From the NCBI GenBank assembly GCA_964016885.1, contig OZ024742.1, positions 159,216,001 through 159,280,000 of the forward strand: a DNA stretch of 64,000 nt. Reading direction: 5' to 3'. This DNA comes from Eledone cirrhosa. Its lineage: Eukaryota. The position numbers were made by a program, and so were the translations under genes. Positions within the stretch are counted from its first letter, which is position 1. Each line of letters opens with the position of its first letter. Positions 1 to 12,065 of this stretch are shown here, piece after piece. Below the pieces are notes generated by a model, which saw only the letters and a list, made by a program, of their open reading frames with translations, did not search any database and had not been told where the DNA came from.

Positions 1-1477
1 ATTACTGTTATAATTAATACTAGGGTGATTTGCCATGTTATTGTTATCAACGTATTTAATTTTATTCGAATACCCTGCTCTATTTAAAGCTTGATTATAA
101 TATTCAGCCTTATCATCAAAAATATTTTTATTAGTAGAGATACGTGAAATCCGTGGTTTGACCTTATTGACAGTAGTGTTCTTAATACTTCTAGGATGAT
201 TAGAGTTAAAACTTACATAATTTAGATTTTCGTTAATTTTATGGAAAGGATAGTAAAGGCCTGTGCTAAGGTTTAAGGTTACGTCTAAGAAGTTAACAAT
301 TTTATAGTTATTCTCTATTTCTAACTTAAAGTTGTAGTTATTGAAGAATTGTATTATGGATTTTCTTTTCCTATTAATTTCACAATTACTATGGTTTTCA
401 ATTAAAAGCAACATATCGTCACGATATAAACCACCGGTCATCTCTGGAATTTTCCTATGCAGTGCATTGTTAATAAATAAACCAACAAGATCCGTTATTT
501 GCGCCGAGTCAGATGATCCCATAGTGATATCAAAATTATTTTTTCTATTGGCTCTTGTCCAGAGATAATTATTGAATTCTATTAATGTTTTCCGTGCTGT
601 TAGAATTATATTTATTTCATCACTAGATAGGTCTGTATGTTTAGATGCGTATATAAGAGCCTTATTAAGTAAATTAGGAGTAATAGAGGAGTAGTAGTTT
701 GCAATATCCATTTGAATGCATTCTTTGTTATGTTTAAATTTTATGTTATTGAACCAATCTATAACTTCGTTAGTACCGTTCCATAGTTTCAGGTGTGATT
801 TTTCTTTAAGTTGTGGTATAATTCTATCCAATATATGTTTACTAATTATGCCTAAGTCTGATTTAGATGGTGCTATAAGTCTGGCTGGTAGTTCTATTTC
901 AAAATTTCTTTTGTGGTCTTTCAGGTTAATTTTCGGTTTTCTAGGTATAAAGGGTTCAGTCCTATTTTGGATGCCTAATTTATGAATAATTTCAGAAGCT
1001 TCTCTATTTAGTGTTGACAGATCTTCATTTGTTGTTATTTTGTAGTTTTTTCTGAGTTCTTTCAATATAAGGTTATTATATTCGTCCTTTTCCATCCCGT
1101 ATAAATTATTAGTTTTATCAGATTTAACGAGGATCTTCTTAGTTTTTTCAAGATTGTCTATATTATTCTTGAGGCTTTTAAGGTATTCCTGGCCTTTAAA
1201 TTGTTTGTTTTTAAATTTAATATTTTGTATAATAGATATTACTTTCAAATTCAGTTAGCAGTTTGTTGCTATGTGGATTCTTCTTAGATTTGAAGATAAG
1301 ATCGAAGTTGTAACTGGATTTGTTTATTTTTTCATCCGATTTTCTATCGAAATGGAAGGCACACCATCTAAGTCTTCGTATAAAGGAGTCAGATTTCTCA
1401 ATGAGTTGTTTTAGATATTCCTTATTCTTAGGTAAAGGTACACCTTTTAGAGAAGAAGAAATCCTAAAGAATTCCAT
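1..1477 (-). mobile_element. Penelope-like element reverse transcriptase (Naiad-like), one frameshift near 1230, runs off the window start
   Basis: Manual translation: SLKGVPLPKNKEYLKQLIEKSDSFIRRLRW (1217-1477 ORF), then an open frame from ~1230 to 1 with KSDKTNNLY, INLKDHK, ARLIAPSKSDLGIISK, QMDIANYYSSI, FDITMGSSDSAQITDLVG, GLYRDD, VNFLDVTLNL, NSNHP. Confidence 0.9.
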
Positions 1478-1683
1478 TATTTTGCAAGCAGTTATAATTT
1501 AAAGTGCTCAACATTAAAGGAGCTATTTATAAGCAGGAGGGATATTTAATTTGTTGGTATATATATTCAATTTGTTGGTATATATATATATATATAGTAA
1601 TAATAATAAAATTGAAGACTAAAATCCAAAGAGGGCTCGATAAGGAAAATATATATCAAATATATAAGAACCGTAGAGCAAAT

Positions 1684-2476
1684 ATTTATTAAAATAACAG
1701 ATTAAAGTTTAAGCAAAGAATCGCTGCTTTCACCCTTAACGGGATCTTCTGAAACTAACAAAGTCAATCTGTAAACGCAGAACTGGATATTTCAAAAAAC
1801 GTTGCAACCGGAGGAAGACAGGAAGACGATACTTTGGTTCGTGGTAACGTTCGCTGGCAAAGAACGGAAAAAAACGAATAATACGTCATTAATAGGAGCG
1901 GTGAAAAACAATTACGCGCAAAGACAGAACCACGTTTATGGTATAAAAGAGTTCGTAGACTAATGTTCTCTTAGGTGGTGCATAGAGACGTTCTCTGGCA
2001 ATGAAGGAAAAAACGAAGATAATAAGTCATATGTGGAGCGTGGAGAACAATAGCACGCAAAGACAAAATCACGTAAATGGTAAGCAGAAGTTGTAGACTA
2101 AAACTCTAACTATTGTTCTCCACGCTCCACATATGACTTATTGTCTTCGTTTTTTCGTTCATTGCCAGAGAACGTCTCTATGCACCACCTAAGAGAACAT
2201 TAGTCTACGACTTCTTTTATACCATAAACGTGGTTCTGTCTTTGCGCGTAATTGTTTTTCACCGCTCCTATTAATGACGTATTATTCGTTTTTTCCCGTT
2301 CTTTGCCAGCGAACGTTACCACGAACCAAAGTATCGTCTTCCTGTCTTCCTCCGGTTGCAACGTTTTTTGAAATATCCAGTTCTGCGTTTACAGATTGAC
2401 TTTGTTAGTCTCAGAAGATCCCGTTAAGGGTGAAAGCAGCGATTCTTTGCTTAAACTTTAATCTGTTATTTTAATA

Positions 2477-2478
<2 letters not shown>
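1684..2478. repeat. Fold-back element (family A, pLTR-like): ~370-bp inverted arms 1684-2053 and 2110-2478
   Basis: Arms are near-perfect reverse complements, with (TA)n nearby on both sides. Related fragments at ~9360-9470, ~11085-11360 and ~33850-33945. Confidence 0.85.
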
Positions 2479-2560
<82 letters not shown>

Positions 2561-2698
2561 TGGGTGTGTGTGTGAAGGTAGTACAGTGAATTACTGGTAT
2601 TGGTACCAAATCAGGCACTCTATGTATAGGCAGAGTGTATATAATAGAAAAATAAAAAGAAGTTTCGTTTACATATAAAAGATATTTATTGTGAATCG

Positions 2699-2790
2699 AC
2701 CTGTTACGCGCGTTTCGTAGAGGATTGGCTCAAGGTCACCCATAAGAGTTATGGACTCGACTCTACTATCGATCTGCTCCTCAGACTGGC
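2699..2790 (-). ncRNA. Type I hammerhead ribozyme with extended stem II, inside fold-back 2638-2942
   Basis: Minus strand: gccagt CTGAGGA gcaga...tctac GAAA cgcgcg TA acaggt; one mismatch each in stems I and II. Confidence 0.65.
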
Positions 2791-3144
2791 GTTGTGACCC
2801 AAAAATATATTGGGGAGTCGAGTCCATAACTCCTATGGGTGACCTTGAGCTACTCCACTGCGAAACTCGTATAACAGGTCGATACACAATAAATATATTT
2901 TATACGTTAACGAAACTTCCTCGTTTTTTTTCTATTATATATATACATATATATATATGCCTTTGATATATTCGGCTCCGTTAATTCGTCGAGCTAATTC
3001 AAATGTCGAGTAAACCCGGCTGCTATTTTTAGTGGTGTGAGTCTGCGAGACACGATAAGTTCTGATACCATGTGTGTTGTTATATATACGCACACTATCC
3101 AATTTTTTAATATACTTAGAAGTGACCAGGATACTAATAATTCT

Positions 3145-3225
3145 TCACCCGCTGATGAGCAAGGATTTGGTATTCCTCTTCACAATTAATATTGCGAAAC
3201 AGTATTATCAAAACTGTCTGGGTGA
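3145..3225 (+). ncRNA. Type I hammerhead ribozyme
   Basis: tcacccg CTGATGA gcaa...ttgc GAAA cagt-attatcaaa-actg TC tgggtga; all three stems pair, GUC cleavage triplet. Confidence 0.9.
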
Positions 3226-3389
3226 TTGGTAGTTACCACAATTCTGGTTTGTATTATTTTCTTGATTTATTCTTAAATTGAGTCTGGCAAACCCTATTGT
3301 ATATAGTTAGTATTCTCTTCGCGAATCTGGTCCCTTACGATTTGAACACATATGTATATGTCTGTGTTCGTTTTTCTTTTTTGTTCAGT

Positions 3390-3460
<71 letters not shown>

Positions 3461-3473
3461 CGTTTTTGTATAT

Positions 3474-3541
<68 letters not shown>

Positions 3542-3767
3542 CATACACGCACACATATATATATAATGATTGTTTATGAGGAAGACAGTGATATGGATCT
3601 ATAGTATCGAGACTTATAATATGGATCTACATAACTCCTATCGATGAGTCACTATAGTAATTTATTATGATCAATCAATCAACCTTCTGAAACGATCGTA
3701 AAATGATGAACTGATTACGCACTAACATTCGTCTTTTGTTTTCATTGTTTAACACACACACACACAC

Positions 3768-3831
<64 letters not shown>

Positions 3832-4052
3832 GGAGAGAGAAACACACACACGGAGACACACACACACATACATATATATATCTTCTGGTGAAGGACTAGC
3901 GAAACGTTAAGACTCTCTTCCTGCCATTTCAAGCATTAAACTGATATATTCCTTTCATGTACCATGCCCTTTGTTTTGTTATCCTTGTTATTTCTGTTTA
4001 TCTTTTACACACACACACACACGCACGCACACACACACCCACACACGCACGC

Positions 4053-4122
<70 letters not shown>

Positions 4123-4157
4123 ACACACATACGCACACGCACACGCACACGCACACG

Positions 4158-4191
<34 letters not shown>

Positions 4192-4399
4192 AACACAGTG
4201 TAAATTATGCCAGAGTCTCCATCGGGTAAAATACAAGAAAAACTAATACAAGAAATTAGAAATAGACCCACTATCAGGCTAATTAGAAACCCCACTATCA
4301 AGCTAAAATTTCTTTAGTAAAAAATACGGCGAAAGCTTCTATTTCTAATTTCAAACTCGCTCGCTGTTTCAAAACATACTTAATACAAAAAAGTCAATA

Positions 4400-5270
4400 T
4401 TGTCATAAAAATGACAATACTTGTTTCCTATCACGTCGAGCTTTCCTATGGAATGGTGGGAGCCAAAGAACCATAGAGAAGATTGCTTATTTTTGTTTCA
4501 CAGACTTCTGGTTATAGCAAGAAAACTCGACAGAAAATAAGTTACCCAAATCTGGATTCAGTAATTCGTCCCGTGCTTCACTCAGATGATGTACCAGTAC
4601 CTGTTTACACAGAATTACCTTCACTGAAAGATTAAAGTGATATATGTGTATCAGATGAAAATCATGAACATAACAGTAATACAGACTTTGTAGATACAGC
4701 AACCAAGGAACGTGAAAACTTCAACCAGGCAGAACTGAATGATTTAGTTAGAGGCTTAGGCATATCAAAAGAGTTATCAGAACTGTTAGCTTCTAAACTT
4801 AAAGAGAAGAATATGCTGCAGAAAGAAACAAATGTAACTTTTTATCGGAAGGATGAAAAAGATCTCTAGGCATTCTTTAAAACTGAAAAAGATTTTGTTT
4901 ACTGTTGTGACGTGTCGCGGCTGTTAAAAGCGAGGGGTGCTCTACAGAATGATCCTCATGAATGGAGACTATTTATAGATAGTTCACAGAAGAGTCTAAC
5001 ATGTGTATTACCCCATAATGGAAACTTTTTAGGTGCAATTCTTATTGGTCACTATGTGCATGAAAACATAAAAGCTGTATTATATTTACTCAAGTATGAT
5101 GAACACAAATGGGACATATGTGTGAATCTGAAAATGGTCAACCTTTTACTTGGCCAACAAGCAAAAGACAAACACGAAAACCTGATGTGTTAGGAAATAC
5201 TGGATGCCATATTTGAAATCAACACCTCAAAATTAGTTAAGAAACACAACAAAACCTAAGTCAGCAAAAA
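4400..5270 (+). mobile_element. Decayed DNA transposase fragment, probably Chapaev3 (CMC)-type
   Basis: PMEWWEPKNHREDC, FNQAELNDLVRGLGISKELSELLASKLKEKNML, EWRLFIDSSQKSL..VLPHNGN; frameshifted and truncated. Family name is from recalled motifs. Confidence 0.65.
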
Positions 5271-5367
5271 GTGACTAATTGAGATAACCAACATCGGAAG
5301 AAAATTCTTTCACCAGGGGGTTTCTTTGAAGGTAGGAAATAATATTCACCTGTATACGTATTTTTAT

Positions 5368-5707
5368 TCTTATCGAACTGGCACGGTTCATCTAGTTACA
5401 CCTATGCATAGTTCAACCACTAAATGAATGTTTGTATATCAAGGACAATGTTTATCGGAGTTTCTGATTTAGATATTTTAGCTAACTTTTTATTGAGATG
5501 TCCAATATATTAGTGTCAAATAACTTTTTATTTTTCACTTTTTGATATTTACTACTCCTTTATTGTTGAGTTGCTGTAGAAAGGTTTTATGGGTGCTATT
5601 TCTAGCGTCATTACGAACCTGTTATATTGTCCTTGATATACTGATATTCAATTAGTGGTTGAACTACGCACGCGTGTAACTAGATGCACAATGCTGGTTT
5701 GATAAGG
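5368..5707. mobile_element. Old inverted-repeat (MITE-like) element, ~80-bp diverged arms
   Basis: catctagttacac...gttcaaccactaa...tatatcaaggacaat versus its reverse complement at 5626-5707. Confidence 0.55.
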
Positions 5708-6335
5708 AGAAAATCCGTTGTTGGTATTGATGTTGTTGTTGTTGCTGTTGTTAAGGTGTTGCTAACAATACCACCGCTCTCATAGTAGTCACACTGGGGT
5801 TCCAGAGACACCACCATTGTTTAACAGTACGCATTAATATATGATACACTAAACCGTTTGCCCTGTATATTAACCATTTGTAACTGCCCAACACTCACTG
5901 GTGACTTCAAAATTATCGCAAAAGAAGCTGGACCTTGACAGCTGCCCTACTGTTGTTGTTGTTATTGTTCTTGTGGGTTTTTATTTTCTTTGCTTCACCC
6001 TGCTTATATATAAAGGGATTCATTGACCTCTTCAGCTGTTTGATTTTCTTAATGAACTGTCGGTGCAGTGTCGGGCCGGTCATCCTGGTCGCAACTTAAG
6101 CTGATCGATATCGAAACAATTGTGTGAATAATTATGTGAATAATTATGTGAATATATGATGCAACCTTGAAACTTTGTTCCGGACTTCTTTTATTTATAC
6201 TCCATAGATCACAGCTGCCCTTAGCCCTGAGCTATACAGAAGTATAAACTCTACACATTACGGATCATTGGAAAACTGTACCGAAACGCCTGTAACTTTC
6301 GTTTCATACTTACCAACTATATATTGCTCGCGGTC

Positions 6336-7590
6336 TGGTTCGGTCCGGACCTACAGGTGGAGAAAAACTGGAACAATCACGGCCAAGGTATTTGCGCTCA
6401 CCCAGAAGTGGGCTGAGTGCAAACTATTCTTGAAAGGTCGAGCGGAGATGGCGAACACTTTCATAGCGTCCATCATCTACCACCGCTTGACCGTCGTGCC
6501 TTGTCCCCGTGAATATCTCACCAGGATGGAACGCATGCTCTTCCAATTCCTTTAGAAGAAGCAGGTTCCACTGGTGAGGAGATCCGTCTGCTGTCAGCAC
6601 CCTTCCAACGGAGGGCTGGGAATGCCGTGGCTGATGATACGCAAACACACTCTGAGGCTACGGCATCTCCAGGTATTCCTCACCGACCAACCAGTGTTGG
6701 ACCCGTTTTTGAGAGAAGCCTTCCCGCAACTTGTCTCGCTAACGGAGCTGCAGTCCTGGGTCAAGTGGAGACCGAAGAAAATGGGCGCCTGGCACATTGA
6801 ATGCGCTCAGGCGCTCACAGTCCTCTGGCAAGCGGGCACAGCAATCTGTGGTGACTCCACTTCGACATTCTATAGAGGGATAATACGTTACAAGTGCGAC
6901 GACGTGCTCGGAGAAACTCTGGGCGTCGAAGACGACGAGCTCACCAGTCTGTTCGGTAGGACTTTCCACCCAGGACCTATGGACAACTTCCAAAGTTGCC
7001 TTGCAGTGCTACCGAGGAGCTCTACCAGTATGAGATAAGATCTACAGGCACGGATGCCCCGGCAGGGATCCTTCCAAGAGGACGTGTCCAAGATGCGAGC
7101 AGTACATTGAAACCGTCCTGCACGCAATTGTACACTACCCGGGCGTAACCGACCTGTGGAACTATGCAGAACAACTTCTGTCGCGTATGGGACAAATCCA
7201 GTTGACTGCCGAGTCCATAGTAAGGATCAAACTGTCACCTTCTTTCAAAAACGAAAGAGAGGCGGTTTTCCTCTGTATAGGTTTATATACAGAGAAGGCC
7301 CATTCAGTCGGGCCATTTTTGCTACATTCAGTGATTGGGCCTTCTCTGTATATAAACCTGTAGGTTGAAGAAGAGAGCAAAAGGAAGAAAGGAGCACTTG
7401 ACAACATGCTCCTGGAGTTGAAAACAACTCCTGGGTATAAAAGAACCCATTTGTAACACCTCCCCCTTACTGGGCATTTCGATTGTTGAATTTGTTTGTT
7501 AAACATTTTTTACACGATTGTATGTAAAATCCCGGCATACGTCCTTGTATTGTCCCCTGTTCTTGTGCGCTCTTGTGGCAAATAAAGAAA
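6336..7590 (+). mobile_element. 5'-truncated L1/Tx1-clade non-LTR retrotransposon, decayed
   Basis: WFGPDLQVEKNW, LFLKGRAEMANTFIASIIYHRL, QHPSNGGLGMP, CPRCEQYIETVLHAIVH zinc knuckle; AATAAA at ~7581 followed by (TA)n. Confidence 0.8.
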
Positions 7591-7650
7591 TATATATATA
7601 TATATAATTTATGTGTGTAGGTAGGTAGGTTATTTAAGTAACTTGTGGTT

Positions 7651-7751
<101 letters not shown>

Positions 7752-7877
7752 TATTATATATGTATATATAATAACATATATATAAAGTACCAGTAATGCA
7801 CTGATAATTGCTGGCCTTGTGCCTAAAGTAGAAACAATTATATATGTATATATATATATATGTATATATATCTATAT

Positions 7878-8481
7878 CTAGGGCGGGTAAAATTCCCGAG
7901 ATCCATGGACGAGTTCTCTCCAGCGGTCTCTGTCCCTCATTATCGCTGCCATGTCCTGCGTCTTCAACAGACCAGTGTCTGTCCTTAGGGCATCAACATA
8001 CGTTAGCCCTGGTCTTCCTCTTCCCGTGTGTCCATGTAGGGGCTCCCACAGGAGCACTGAGTGCAATGTCAACTCTGGATGTCGGTGAACATGTCCAGCT
8101 AACCTCAGTCTCCTCTGTGTCCCTTATGAGCTGACTTTTGGGAGGCTCCCATACAGCTCTGAATTTTGGTGACAAATACAGTGAAGGAGGCAGAGGATTT
8201 GATGCGGGAGGTTGAGACTGTGTCGATGAGTGTGGGGCTGAGAATGAATGAGACTAAAACAAAGTATCTGGTAGAGAATGTTGAGAAGCCAGAGGGGATC
8301 ACTAATGTAGGCGGGAAGCCGCTAGAATTGGTTGAGAGCTTCTTCCTGTATTTTGATTGAGAGGAAGAGAATGCCACAGCTTGAGATCGGTGTGGAGGTC
8401 GGACCTTCGTAAAGACCTGAAAATCCGCCTCTTCATTGCTGTGGTGGAGTCTGTGCTGCTATACGGGTCTGAGACTTGGAC
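7878..8481 (-). mobile_element. RTE-like LINE 3' end with an inverted 5' segment (8166-8481 on +)
   Basis: Minus strand: [28 protein letters not shown]...[11 protein letters not shown]. Plus strand: VGLRMNETKTKY...KIRLFIAVVESVLLYGSETWT. Confidence 0.8.
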
Positions 8482-8486
8482 ACATG

Positions 8487-8534
<48 letters not shown>

Positions 8535-8881
8535 AAGAATCAAAGAACTGTTCAAAACATTATTGTGCTTACAGCTGTTCCCTCCAAACCGAGGTTTGGA
8601 TTCTTCGGAGCAATTTATTAATGCATGGACAGTTATATGACCTCCTTTTCAGCCGAGAGACATACCGATACATATTCAAACATTGATACATATTCAAACA
8701 TTGTGGGTCAACATTCATTACAGAATTTAGAGTGGCAGTACACACTTCGAGATTACATTTATATTAAGAGGTACAATCAAAAATCAAAAATACAGGTTAA
8801 AATACAACATGAAGATAAGCGGTTTTATAGTGCAAATGTTATATGTGTTATTATTTACATAACCATAAATAGTATAACTAA

Positions 8882-8967
<86 letters not shown>

Positions 8968-8969
8968 AT

Positions 8970-9029
<60 letters not shown>

Positions 9030-9033
<4 letters not shown>

Positions 9034-9330
9034 ATATATATAAAACAGAGAATGTCTGTCTGTCTATCTGACTCCCTAAAACTCGCGAACCACCCAACCA
9101 ATTTTTTTCAAACTTTACACATGTAATACTTATGGTCCTGTGAGTGTTTTGAGCAAAAAATATTTCAAATTTTCAATGCCTTAGGGACCGCACTAGGCGA
9201 TTTAGTGATCTCTCTATAATTCTTATGCTGTCTTTTTAGATAGATACACAGCTACGACGTCGCGCCCTTATAATATCTGTATGTATGTCTGACTGTTTGC
9301 ATTACGACATTATGACGCTATCTGTGTGTG
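9030..9330 (+). mobile_element. Probable non-autonomous Helitron 5' fragment
   Basis: tataaaacagagaatgtctgtctgtc... resembles the 5' end of the 32657-33566 element; no 3' hairpin or CTRR seen. Confidence 0.35.
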
Positions 9331-9488
9331 TGTATATATGTATATATATATATATAGTGTGAAACGTTTTTCGAAATATTTACTTCTGCGTTCACAGATT
9401 GATTTTTTTAGTTTCAGAAGATCCCGTTAAAGGTGAAAGCAGCGATTCTTCGCTTAAACTTTAATCTGTTATATATATATATATATAC

Positions 9489-9569
<81 letters not shown>

Positions 9570-9748
9570 GAAATACGTCCCTTCACGCACAAGGCGCCAA
9601 GGTACGCATGTATTGTCCAACCAAGTGCCAGTGTGGTTCAATGGCGGGTTAATAAATTAACGAGCCAGAACAAATATAAACAAGGTTTAGTAAATAATGA
9701 AAAAGTTTCAAAATAAATTTTAAAAAATTGACTTTACCTACTATAGTT

Positions 9749-9832
9749 ACCTTTACCGATCGGTTTCGAATCCCAAAAATAAAACGGAGACCATACGGCC
9801 TTCGTTGCAAAGAAATATTCTCGTCAGAAGGT
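9749..9832 (-). ncRNA. Type I hammerhead ribozyme (family J)
   Basis: acctt CTGACGA gaat...attc GAAA ccgatcgg TA aaggt. Confidence 0.85.
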
Positions 9833-10633
9833 TCTTTTCATTCAAAGAATATAAAATTCCTGAATTTAAATCACAAACTAGCGCTATCAAAACTGTTCCT
9901 GGGATGAGAGTGGATGATGTAGAACAGGTTTATCAAGGGCCGTAGCAAAGATAGAGGCAAAAGGAGGTAGGTCAAACTAGCCACAGCTATTGCTAGCAGC
10001 AGTCAGAACGACCAAATTTGTTCTCAACGTTAGTGGAGGTAGTAGTAATAGGAAATACGTCCCTTCACGTACAAGGCGCCAAGGTCCGCATGTATTGTCC
10101 AACCAAATGCCAGTGTGGTTCAATGGCGGGTTAATAAATTAACGAGCCAGAACAAATATAAACAAGGTTTAGTAAATAATGAAAAAGTTTCAAAATAAAT
10201 TTTAAAAAATTGACTTTACCTACTATAGTTACCTTACTATAGTAGGTAAAGTCAATTTTTTAAAATTTATTTTGAAACTTTTTCATTATTTACTAAACCT
10301 TGTTTATATTTGTTCTGGCTCGTTAATTTATTAACCCGCCATTGAACCACACTGGCACTTGGTTGGACAATACATGCGTACCTTGGCGCCTTGTGCGTGA
10401 AGGGACGTATTTCATATTACTACTACCTCCACAAACGTTGAGAACAAACCGGGTCATTCCGACTGCTGCTGACAACAGCGGTGGCTAGTTTGACCTACCT
10501 CCTTTTGCCTCTATCTTTACTACGGCCCTTGATAAACCTGTTCTACATCATCCACTCTCATCCCAGGAACAGTCTTTGATAGCGCTAGTTTGTGATTTAA
10601 ATTCAGGAATTTTATATTCTTTGAATGAAAAGA

Positions 10634-10717
10634 ACCTTCTGACGAGAATCTCTCTTTGCAACGAAGGCCGTATGGTCTCCGTTTTATTTTTGGGATTCGA
10701 AACCGATCGGTAAAGGT
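10634..10717 (+). ncRNA. Type I hammerhead ribozyme (family J)
   Basis: acctt CTGACGA gaatctc...gggattc GAAA ccgatcgg TA aaggt; palindromic stem III. Confidence 0.88.
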
Positions 10718-10784
10718 AACTATAGTAGGTAAAGTCAATTTTTTAAAATTTATTTTGAAACTTTTTCATTATTTACTAAACCTT

Positions 10785-10835
<51 letters not shown>

Positions 10836-10838
<3 letters not shown>

Positions 10839-10989
10839 CGTTTCTGAATTTGTTTAGCAAGATTCTTTATCTGAAAACGTGTGTTGAAACCGATATTGTT
10901 ATACTTTGGGAGGGTCATGTTGCCAATAAGAAACACACGCACCATGTGCGTGTTATTGGCAACATGACCCTCCCAAAGTATAACAATAT

Positions 10990-10990
<1 letters not shown>
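10836..10990. repeat. Short fold-back fragment of pLTR family K
   Basis: Matches 53890-54000 and 60230-60340; internal inversion near 10945. Confidence 0.75.
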
Positions 10991-11066
<76 letters not shown>

Positions 11067-11356
11067 TATATACGTATATTATAAGAATAGATTAAAGTTT
11101 AAGCAAAGAATCGTTGCTTTCACCCTTAACGGAATCTTCTGAGAAAAAAGAAAAAAAAATCAACCTGTGGACGCAGAAGTGAATATTTCGAAAAACGTTA
11201 CGATCGAAGGAAAACAGGAAGACGATACTTTGGTTCGTGAAGACGTTCCCTTGCAATGGACGGAAAAGAAGCGAGGATAATTACATCGTTGTGTGGATCG
11301 AGAAGAACAATTTCTGGCAAAGACAATAACACATTTATGCTATTAAAGAAATCATT

Positions 11357-11409
<53 letters not shown>

Positions 11410-11418
<9 letters not shown>

Positions 11419-12036
11419 TAAACGGAATAGAAAATGCTGACAAATTGTTCACAGTTGAAAAATGGTTTAATTAGGAATAAAAGAGTATTAGTGATTGTAT
11501 GGGTTAGTATTCAGTTGTGGTTTTAAGTTTTTTAAGTTTTTAAGTTTTTACCGGTTGCGCATTTCTAAATGCTTTTCAAAAATAATTTTGAGATAGAGTG
11601 TCCGTGTTGTTTGCTCTGATCTGATTAGTTTTGGGAATTCTACCTGTTTTTATGTTAAAAAAGTGGCTCCAGCGTTACTTTCGTGTTGCAAAAATTCTTG
11701 TGGTCAAAACAATTCGCATGACCTCTACCGACCAATCAAAATTGTTTTGACCACAAGAATTTTTGCAACACCAAAGTAACGCTGGAGCCACTTTTTTAAC
11801 ATAAAAACAGGTAGAATTCCCAAAACTAATCAGATCAGAGCAAACAACACGGACACTCTATCTCAAAATTATTTTTGAAAAGCATTTAGAAATGCGCAAC
11901 CGGTAAAAACTTAAAAACTTAAAACCACAACTGAATACTAACCCATACAATCACTAATACTCTTTTATTCCTAATTAAACCATTTTTCAACTGTGAACAA
12001 TTTGTCAGCATTTTCTATTCCGTTTACCAATATATA
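11410..12036. repeat. Fold-back element with ~300-bp arms (11410-11714 and 11740-12036) between (TA)n tracts
   Basis: Direct reverse-complement match of the arms; ~25-bp spacer. Confidence 0.85.
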
Positions 12037-12065
12037 ATAACTTGTGTGTTACACCTCTATTCTTT

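Larger units (their letters stand above)
9567..10790. mobile_element. Hammerhead element family J: ~1.4-mer of a ~483-bp unit, folded back at ~10235
   Basis: gaaatacgtcccttcacg recurs at 9570 and 10052; 10236-10790 is the reverse complement; both ends abut (TA)n. Confidence 0.85.

Noticed and set aside
10865-10900. ctgaaaa-cgtgtgtt-gaaa as an antisense second hammerhead in family K (ambisense, viroid-like)
   Set aside because: Core is non-canonical and no stem I or III pairing is present.
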